This document shows positions 53,913 to 64,000 of a stretch of DNA of 64,000 bases, piece by piece. The translations under genes were made by a program, and so were the position numbers. The DNA is from Paraspadella gotoi. Its lineage: Eukaryota; Animalia; Chaetognatha. How positions within the stretch are numbered: the stretch's first letter is position 1; each line of letters starts with the position of its first letter. The notes beneath the pieces are model-generated. The model did not search any database. It was not told the DNA's origin and saw only the letters and a program-made list of their open reading frames with translations. The stretch is taken from NCBI GenBank assembly GCA_051294375.1, contig CM119267.1, positions 11,543,553 to 11,607,552 on the forward strand, written 5' to 3'.

Positions 53913-54822
53913 AAGATTCTGTTATATCCTTGTTGCTCGGACATCAAAAAGAATTCGGTCTGGCTTATCTATCAACGACAGTTGTCCCCACATCCTCATT
54001 CCTCAGGTATAACGGGGAAGATTAGTTAATAGTAGAAGGAATGGAGGTTAATCCAATTCTCTGTTTTTCCATCATTTTTTCGGGAAAATTAACCCGAAAT
54101 TGAGTTTGCGATGGACGAGATCCCCGACGTCGTCGTCGTCGTCGTCCATGTCGTCGTCTAAGTCACTCAAGATGAAAAACAATATCGAGATCACGCGGTC
54201 AAAACAACAGGAGAACACAAAGCTAAAGTTAAAGTCGCGTTTGGCTGAGAATTTTTCCCTCTCATTCTGTCCAATACATTCATATCATTTCCTCTGATTT
54301 CTAGTTTCATGACTTTTCATTTCAACAACAATACGCGATGTTTAGTCATAATTGATAAATGACATTCACGACAATAATCTCCATGTATGGTTTTTTTTTC
54401 TCTTCGTCGTCGTCAACGTCGTCGTCCATGGCGACGGGAAAGTTTCTCAGGGAAACTCTAAATAAGACTTGAGAAGATGTTGTTTTATGACCTATGAATC
54501 CCGGTCGTGATTCGTCGTCCTAATCGTCGTTCGTCGGCGTCGTCGTCGTTCTCTTTGTTTAATCCTTTTTCTCTGGTGATAAACAACACGATAGGAACAA
54601 AAAAAATATTTTTAATAGAAAAATATGAGCAAATAAATTTAAACATGATTGTACAGTTGATCAATGAAAGACTCAATTGAATAAAAAACAAACAAAAAAA
54701 AAACATAAAAAAAACCGTATATTTTGCGACAAATAAAAGTATCAAGAAACACGAAGCCACTGAGCCCATATTCTCCAAAAAACGATTTCGTTTTCCTTTT
54801 CGGTGTTTTGTTTTATAAATCT

Positions 54823-54885
<63 letters not shown>

Positions 54886-55472
54886 ATTTCTTCTCTTCGT
54901 AATGGAAGGAATCCATTATTCATGCCTCAAAGCCAAATCACAATCCAACTTTCTTATTCGACCAAAATTTCAACTCTCTTCCCTCCTTTCTTCCCTCCTC
55001 CTCCTCCTCCTCCTCTATCGAAATTCCTCCCCTCTTTCCCTCTCGCCCCCCCCCAAAGCAGAGCTCTGTTTAGTGTTTAAAAGCTTCTCCCTTCCGGATC
55101 CACCCCTCCTCCTTCTCTCTCCTCTTTCCTCCTCCTCCTCTTTTTCCCCCCTCGTTCTCTCCTCCTTCTGTCGCGAATGAATAATTTTTCAAATGCTTCA
55201 TCGCCACCAGAATATCATATCCCCTTCCCTCTGATATTTTCATCGATCAGCCGCGCCTTCCTCCTTTTTTTCCTTTATCTCTCTTTGCTTCTCTTTTTTT
55301 TTCTCCTTTTCTCCTTTCTTCCCCTTTCCTCCCTTTCGCTCCCTTTCTCCCTCACGATGTTCACCGATTTTAGGCTCAGAGTCACTATTTCAAGAGATTT
55401 ATTTCGAGGCGGGCAGAATCGTCGCCGTTCTCTAATTTCCTATCCTCTCCTCCTCTTCTCGTCTCTCTCTCA

Positions 55473-55520
<48 letters not shown>

Positions 55521-55598
55521 CTTCTCTCTCTCTCTCTTCTCTACGTTCTCTCTCTCTCTCTAACATGACTTGCNNNNNNNNNNNNNNNNNNNNNNNNN

Positions 55599-56934
55599 GA
55601 GAGGAATAGAAATTAGAGCGGCGACGATTCTGCCTCCGCCTCGAAATAAATTCCTTGAATAGTGACTCCTGAGCCTAAAATCGGTGAACATCGTGAGGGA
55701 GAAAGGGAGGAAAGGGGAGGAAAGGGGAAGAAAAGGGAGGAAAAGGGAGAAAAAGAGAAGCAAAGAGAGATAAAGGAAAAAAAGGGAGGAAAGGGCGCGG
55801 GCTGATCGATGAAAATATCAGGAGGGAAGGGGATATATATTCTGGTGGGATGAAGCATTGAAAAAATTATCATTCGGGACAAAGGAGGAGGAGAACGAGG
55901 GGGGNNNNNNNNNNNNNNNNNNNNNNNNNNNNNNNNNNNNNNNNNNNNNNNNNNNNNNNNNNNNNNNNNNNNNNNNNNNNNNNNNNNNNNNNNNNNNNNN
56001 NNNNNNNNNNNNNNNNNNNNNNNNNNNNNNNNNNNNNNNNNNNNNNNNNNNNNNNNNNNNNNNNNNNNNNNNNNNNNNNNNNNNNNNNNNNNNNNNNNNN
56101 NNNTTTTTGTTTTTTATTCAATTGAGTCTTTCATTGACAACTTACAATCATTTTAAATTTATTTGCTCATATTTTCTATTTAAAAATATTTTTTTTGTTT
56201 CCCTTATCGTGGTTGTTTATCACCAGAGAAGAAAGGATTACAACAACTGAGACGACGACGACGCCGACGCCGACGACGACGACGACGACGATTAGGACGA
56301 CGATCACGACCGGGATTCATCAGTCATAAACCAACATCTGCTCCCAAGTCCTTAATTAGAGTTTCCCTTGAGGAAACTTTCCCCGTCGCATGGAAGACGA
56401 CGTTGACGACGACGAAGAGAAAAAAAAAAACCATAATGGAGATTATTGTCGTGAATGTCATTTATCAATTATGACTAAACATCGCGTATTGTTGTTGAAA
56501 TGTAAAGTCATGAAACTAGAAATCAGAGGAAATGATATTGAATGTATTTGACAGAATGAGAGGGAAAAATTCTCAGCCAAACGCGACTTTAACTTTAGCT
56601 TTGTGTTCTCTCTGTTGTTGTTGACGCTGATCTCGATATTGTTTTTCATCTTGATCGACTTAGACGACGACGATGACGACGACGACGACGACGTCGGGGA
56701 TCTCGTCCATCGCAAACTCAATTTCGGGTTTAATTTTCCCGAAAAATGATGGAAAAACAGAGAAATTGGATTAAACCTCCATCCCCTTCTACTATTAACT
56801 AATCTTCCGTTAGTACCTGAGGAATGAGGATGGTGGGACACTGTCGTTGATAGATAAGCCAGACCGCCATTCTTTTGATGTCCGAGCAACAAGGATATAA
56901 AAAGAATCTTTGTTTCTCTCTCTCTCTCTCTCTC
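55599..56934 (-). repeat. Inverted duplicate of about 53885-55450
   Basis: Reverse-complement match (both encode LRWTRSPTSSSSSS...LAENFSLSFC); bounded by 25-N gaps on both sides. Confidence 0.9.
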
Positions 56935-56959
56935 NNNNNNNNNNNNNNNNNNNNNNNNN

Positions 56960-58972
56960 AAGAGCTTCCCAATAAAGTCCAAGACGGTAGACGTTTCTCA
57001 AGACCTGCAATCACGCGGCTTTCCTGTTGGCGTCACTGAATTCCTCACTCTCTAACATTCTTCCTCTCTCTCTCTCTCTCTCTCTCCCTCTTCTCTCTTC
57101 TTCCTCTCTCTCTCTCTCTTCTTCTTTCTCTCTTTCCTTCCTCATTCCCTTGTCCCCGTTTCCGTCGTAACGTTGGTCGAATCGACTCCAGCGCACCCTG
57201 TTTTTCCTGCGGAGCGACAATTACGCCTCGACGAGGACTTTGAACTCGGAAATGACGTAGACAAAATCGGCTGGAATCGCGCCGCTAGGACGTGTGAGGG
57301 CCGTAAGGTGGTCTCCGGAGACTGGGAAGATAGACCCCCAACGCGTTCGACGGGAGTTCGACGTCGTCTCGCTGCTGGAGCAGAAAATAGCAGACTTCGC
57401 GATCGTTATGTTCGGAAGTACTTCGTAGTTCCGTATGTACCTTAAGTATAAAAAATCATCCATCTCACCCCTTTCTTTCAGCCTCTTAGAATAATATGAT
57501 TTCATTAATGACTTCCTAACAGAAATTGATGTTGATATCTATTAGAAAAGACTAGGACAGATAGTTAATCAAACTTGTGTTGTATAGATGCTCCCTCTAT
57601 TTCCATAAGACCAACACTGACTGCCTCCAAATTGAATTATTAGATAAATAGAAACATTTTAGGAAAGAAAGCAAATATGTTTGATTAAATAATAAGATTA
57701 CATACTAAATCCTCTTCATTAAAATATAAAAATAAGAAAAAGTGAACAAAGTAATTTGCAAATTCATAGTTTAAGCTATATAATATAAGTTAATATAATC
57801 ATATGTTTTCTTTCATACAAGTTGAACATTCTTTGAAATATTTTCCATTTCATTGATAAGGAAAGCCAGTACTCTGGGAGTGAATAAACGAACTGTGAGA
57901 GAGTCTTATTGACAAGCTTGGCAGACCGCTATGTCAATATCCTTGTAAAGTGATGGAGCCTTAACTCACCAAGCTGTCCAAAGTTCAGGGGCAAGTTTAG
58001 CTTATATTATTAAATGAGGCTTACAATTTCATAATATTGCTCGTACGTACTCAGTATAGTCGTGTTGTAAAGCCAGCAAGATTTGTGGCGGATTGCTTTG
58101 GCTGAAGTTTAAAAAAATTCGACACTTTGCATGTTTTCCATTTGTATTCCGAAAATGAAGCTCTTTTTATCATCTATAATAATGATGACGTTAATCCTAC
58201 AAACTAATAACTACCCGAGAGAGTGAGATGTAATATAAAAGAAATCTATCGCCACTGTGTCTTCGAGCACAATTATAAAAAAAGAGAAACCAAAAAATCA
58301 ATAAAAGGAGAACAGACCGGAAGAATTTAAGATATGCAAGGCCACTCTTGATGTGAAAAGGCTCTTTCTGCACCGGAGCTTTGCAAGAGCGAGAGAAAAT
58401 AAAAAAATTAATTAGGAAAAATTGAGAGAATAAAGATAGATAATAAATTAATTTAGCAATTTAATCGAAAATAAATTTAGACAAACAAAAAGAGATTAAA
58501 TGAAAAGAAGGGTAAAATCAGACGTCGCATGAATCAAGAAGTGGAGTCTTCCTCAGTGTTACGTCAAAAAACCAAAAAACTAAAATATCGCGGATCTGCG
58601 AGGGTGATCTCAAATTTAACAAAGGAAAATATTGAACAAAAAAAAGTAGAACATGAGTTAGTTAGAGAGAGTGAATAACCGCGTATGAAAAAGGAAGCAG
58701 GATAAAACAAGAGGATCACTGCCAGACAAAAGCAATTCCCGACGGTCAGCCTCACCTTCGAAAGAGAAATCGTGGGTGCGTGTATCGTAATGGAAAACGT
58801 ATGACTGGAAATATGCTCTTGAACCAGGAATAACGCAAATGGAATAACGTGAGGAGAAGAAAGGAAAGAAAGAAAGAAAAGAAAGAAAGACAAGAAAGAA
58901 AGAAAAAAAAAAGAAAAGAGAAAGAAAGAAAGAGAGAGACGGGAGAGAGGAGAGAGAAATGGAGAATGAGAA

Positions 58973-59004
<32 letters not shown>

Positions 59005-62000
59005 AGAGAGACTAGATGAAAATTCAGAAAGGAAGAGAGATAAAAAAGAGACCGAGAGACGCTAGTTCTGTACCGTCATCCAAACGCGAAGGATTACATC
59101 GTCGTGGGTCCACGACAATCAACAACAACCTCGGAAAACACGAGACCGCGACGACGACGACTACGACGACGACGACGACCACGACGAACGACACGACGAA
59201 GACGGGTCGCGAAAAAACGGGTTGGTCTCTGGAGGAGCTTTAGGAACGTGCAAGCTTGTTTGAGAAAGGGGTCGATCCAAAGATTTAGAGTGAAGCGTCG
59301 CTTCTACAAGTATATATGTAAATTGGTACAACCAATATAAATTATCCAGTCATAATAAATATTATTATATATTATAAAAAGTAATCCATTTATCGTGAAA
59401 TTATTAAAACTTAAATTAAAACGGATGAATAGAAAAATTATAACATTTTCAACCCTAATTAGAACCGAACAGTTTTCGTCGTCTGCAGGTTTACTTTTCG
59501 TGCTTTGTTTTGCTCTCGGACATCTTCTTCCCCCTCTCACTCTCTCGTCTCTCTTAATCTCTCTCTTCTCTCTCTCTCTCTCTCTCCTCCTCTCTCTCTC
59601 TCTCCTCCTCTCACACAGCACACACACAACACAAGCCGGGCGATTAGTCGTCGCGGTCGAAAGAGAGTGCGAACTCATTGAGAGGCCGTTGCAGCACGAG
59701 AAGAAGAAAGTTGAAAAGAAAGAAAAAAGCGGAAGAAAAGGAGGTTGGAAAGGAGGAAAGAAAAGAAAGAAAGGAAACGTAGGGGAGTGAAAGCGATCAA
59801 GGACGCCGACTTTTACGATTTGTATTCTTCGGACTCGTCAATCTGTTTATGGTTCTTTTAAAAAATAAAAAAAAAATTTAAAAGGAGAGAAAAAAGAAGA
59901 AGAGAGAGGATGAGTCCTAGTTCTCTCGAAAACTTTTGTCTTAACGTTTGAAAGACCCAATTCTTTTAAAGTTTTAACTAAGAGCAATATTTTTTTCTCG
60001 TTTCAAAAACACTTTAATGAACATTATGGAAGAAATCTACTTTAAGAAATCAAATATGAACCCAACCATATTCCCCCAAAAGTAGTATGTATTCTTACCT
60101 TTCTCTTCACAAAGCCTTTTTAGCTTCAGTAATGGACCCATTCCGCCCCAATGATCCTCTCGAGGCGTCTTTCCTCAACTTTATTTCGTCAAGTGACGAA
60201 TAAAATTTCGGCTTTCAGGATCGAATGAAACGAGAGACGAGAGTTCATTCGCCGGCGTCGTCGGCGTCGCTCGTCGCGTCGTTAGTCGATCGACCTTCTC
60301 AAGCTCACCGGCGTCGGCACCCCCGCGGCGCCCGAACGGCGCCGCAACTTTTCGGCTTTGACGCGAGTTAATGAGGCGAGCGGCGCTAACGAAGTTGAGG
60401 GAAACGATTTAAAAGTCGCCGCCGCAGCGGATGCCCGCAGCCGACGTCACAGCCGACGCCGTAGCGAGCCGCAGCGACAACCGAGAAACGTATGATTCTG
60501 TTTATCAAAAGTATCTCTCTGACTTGTTAAACACTATTACTTAAATACTTTTTTCTTAAAAAAAGTTTTAAACGAAATTTCATCTAGTAACAAAAATGTT
60601 ATTTGTCGCATTTGAGAACTTAGTTTATAAAAATATGACTAATATCATTCTGATGTTTTATTTTTACCTTTATGCAACCTGAGATTTTTTACTCAGTTTT
60701 TATTTGTTTTTTATTTCTTTTTTTATTTCCACTCTTTTTCTCCCTTTTTTCAACTATTTTTTTTTAAACTCGAATGAAGTATGAATTCTACGGTAGTAAT
60801 CGTCAGATAATCGTCAGACTCGACGATTCGACGAGAAGCCCCGGGTTGTTTTTTTTTTTTTTTTTTTAATAAAATTCGATTGGAGCGGGAAACGGTGAGT
60901 GATGAGCCGGCGTGGCTTTGCAGAAATGGACGGGACGAGAGGTGATAGAGGGAGGGGAATACTGGTTGCGTTGAGGGAACTTATAGGAGCGCGCAGAGAT
61001 TGGTGTGTTCGCGAGGTTGAGAGTAGGAGCGACATGGTAGAGAGATGAGGGCTTAGCGAAACGAGACGGAGCACAACCGAGCGACAGATAGAGTGCATCT
61101 CGGCAGAGTCAGAGACGGACTCGCTGAGGATAAAGATGAACTCGAAAGAGCGATTTGGAACGAGGAGAGGAGAGAGAGAGAGAGAGAGGAAGAGAGAGAG
61201 AAGATGAAAGAGAGAGAGAGAGAGAGAGAAGAGAGAGAGAGAAGAGAGAAATTGGGAGTCAGACGGAGAAAAAAATGATGGAACCATGGATGGAATCGAG
61301 GAGTGAAGGGAAGACGAAGAGTCCGATGGAACGAACTGGAATTAGGAAAAAAGGAGCCGTAAGGGAGAGGAATTAGAGAAAAGGAACTTGGGGAGTCAAG
61401 AAAGGAGACATCTGAAAAAATAAAAGAGAGAGAAAAAAAAAGAAAAGAAAAAAAAAAAAGAAAAAGTAGAAAAAAGGAAAAAAAAAAAGAGAAAAAGAAA
61501 GAAAAGAAAATACAAAGAAAGGAAAAAGGAAATAAAAGAAAAGAACAAAAGCCGGATAAAAAATAAAAGAAAAGAAAATTAAAAGAAAGAAAGAAAAGAA
61601 AAAGAAAGGTAGCCATAGTCGTATATGCGAAGAAAAACAATACACCAGCTGCAGATGGTAAAGCGTATTACAAAGAGAGTAATCAAGAAAGTGTAGCAAC
61701 TGATGAGTTTATCATCCCGTAAATATATTTAAAATGAACTGACCATGACAAAAGGATATGAGAGCAACAGACGGGGAAGCATGTCGATGGAAAAAGGATT
61801 CGAACAACAGATGATGTAAGACAGAAAGAGATGAGCGAAAAAAAAACAAGGATCAACAGATGGGGAGAGCGATGAGACGTCGGAAGCTTTTTATTTCCGC
61901 CTTCGATCTCAAGTGCCGTTTTTCGCTCCAGATTATTGCTCTACCGATTGTTTTAATCGAAACTCATCCTAATCCATTTACACACAGTCGGATACGCGAG

Positions 62001-62167
62001 CAACGAGGCGCGGAAATTTTCTCTTTAAAACAAAATTTCATGATCTTAGAATCATTAATTAAATTAAAATCACTCGAGAGAAAGTAACTTTAATTTAATA
62101 CTTTTAGTTTTTAAAACAATCGATTGGCGAAACGCTCTCTCTCTCTCTCTTCTCTCTCTCTCCTCTC

Positions 62168-62220
<53 letters not shown>

Positions 62221-62770
62221 CTCTCCTTTCTCTCCTTTCTTGCTTCATCCAGGCGTTTCATTATTCACCGAGTCTTCGCTCCTTTTCTTTTCCTTTTTTT
62301 CCCTTTTTTCCCTTCACTTTTATCTTTTCTCTTCTTGGCTCATCTTCAAGTCTCTACGCCAGGGGCAAGAATAGGGGGCACGAAGGTCTCGCTGCTCATC
62401 ATTCAATCACTAAGTCTACTCACTAGACAAGTTACACCTTTTTTTATCTCGTCTTGTTTCAACTCCCCCTGTCGAAAAAAATAGTTTTCAAATGGATTTG
62501 CGAGCGGCGGGGTCGTTCTCTTTAGCGGCCATGGCTAATATTTTCGTTTTTTATGATACGTTATTCAATTTAATCTCACTTCATTTAAGGAGCTTTTACT
62601 CTTTACGGACAATTTAAGACACACGTTACTATAATTCACCTTAAAAAGGCTTAATGTCTTTATCGCTAATGACTAAAAAAATCTTAAACACAGAAAAAAA
62701 GAACATTGAACCAGTACATGTGTTTCCCTGAATCTTGTTCTTTCAGAAAAGTGCGTCTAGCCGAGGCACA
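56960..62770 (+). repeat. Indel-rich direct duplicate of about 45480-51428
   Basis: Colinear from AGAGCTTC...GACGGTAGACGTTTCTCAAG to GTCTAGCCGAGGCACAA; begins directly after a 25-N gap. Confidence 0.95.
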
Positions 62771-62783
62771 AGCAAGTCATGTT

Positions 62784-62820
<37 letters not shown>

Positions 62821-62840
62821 GAAGAGAGAGAGAGAGAGAG

Positions 62841-62885
<45 letters not shown>

Positions 62886-63432
62886 AATAGGAAATTAGAG
62901 CGGCGACGATTCGCCCGCTCGAAAAAATTCTTGAATAGTGACTCTGAGCCTAAAATCGGTGAACATCGTGAGGGAGAAAGGGAGGAAAGGGGAGGAAAGG
63001 GGAAGAAAGGAGGAAAAGGAGAAAAAAAAAAGAGAAGGCAAAGACGAGATAGGAAAAAAAGGAGGAAGGCGCGGCGGGTATCATGAAAATTATCAGGAGG
63101 GAAGGGGATATGATATTCTGGTGGGATGAAGCATTTGGAAAAATTATCATTCGCGGACAAAGGAGGAGGAGAACGAGGGGGGAAAAAGAGGAGGAGGAGG
63201 AAAGAGGAGAGAGGAGGAGGAGGGGGGATCCGGAGGGAGAAGTTTAAACACTAAACAGAGCTCTGCTTGGGGGGGGGGCGAGAGGAAAGAGGGGAGGAAT
63301 TTTCGGATAGAGGAGAGGAGGAGAGGAAGAAAGGAGAAGAGAGTTGAAATTTTGGTCGGAATAAGAAAGTTGGATTGTGATTTGGCTTTGAGGCATGAAT
63401 AATGGATTCCTTCCATTACGAAGAGAAGAAAT

Positions 63433-63495
<63 letters not shown>

Positions 63496-64000
63496 AGATT
63501 TATAAAACAAAACACCGAAAAGGAAAACGAAATCGTTTTTTGGAGAATATGGGCTCAGTGGCTTCGTGTTTCTTGATACTTTTATTTGTCGCAAAATATA
63601 CGGTTTTTTTTATGTTTTTTTTTTGTTTGTTTTTTATTCAATTGAGTCTTTCATTGATCAACTGTACAATCATGTTTAAATTTATTTGCTCATATTTTTC
63701 TATTAAAAATATTTTTTTTGTTCCTATCGTTGGTTGTTTATCACCAAGAAAAAGGATTAAACAACAGAAACGACGACGACGCCGACGAACGAGATAGGAC
63801 AGAGATCACGACCGGGATTCATCAGGTCCATAAAACAACATCTGTCCTCAAGTCTTATTAAGTTTCCCTGGAGAAACTTTCCCCGTCGCATGGACACGAC
63901 GTTGACGAACGACGAAGAGAAAAAAAAACCATAATGGAGATTATTGTCGTGAATGTATTTATCAATTATGATAAACAATCGCGTATTAGTTTTGAAATGT
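62771..64000 (-). repeat. Second inverted duplicate of about 54325-55573
   Basis: Begins GCAAGTCATGTTA, the reverse complement of 55561-55573. The ORF track shows the same peptides on opposite strands (MRQIKVSRNTK, MENMGSVASCF). Confidence 0.9.

Overview
Eukaryotic, almost certainly animal, genomic DNA: AT-rich, with short GT-AG introns, CpG-rich patches and very dense (GA)n/(GAC)n microsatellites. A compact-genome invertebrate such as a sponge is my guess only. Most ORFs in the supplied track are translations of microsatellites. By manual splicing I could build two minus-strand multi-exon genes. (1) An 8-exon gene (21107-23921, about 642 aa) that joins a complete 60-aa K50 homeodomain to a FoxJ1-like forkhead domain in one reading frame; this is the most striking feature of the window. 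(2) A gene of about 22 exons (9647-19586, about 680 aa) with no recognisable domain. Its introns hold a 1.85-kb foldback element, a 41-bp-unit minisatellite and a compact multi-hairpin, possibly pseudoknotted, RNA-like element. There is also a possible small 2-exon membrane or secreted protein gene, several dispersed repeat families, and a long gene-poor region from about 24.3 kb onward. Near-identical duplications at 1-880 and 55.6-64 kb abut 25-N gaps and are probably gap-filling artefacts. I found no CRISPR array, rRNA or intact tRNA. All gene models are hand-built and lack transcript support.
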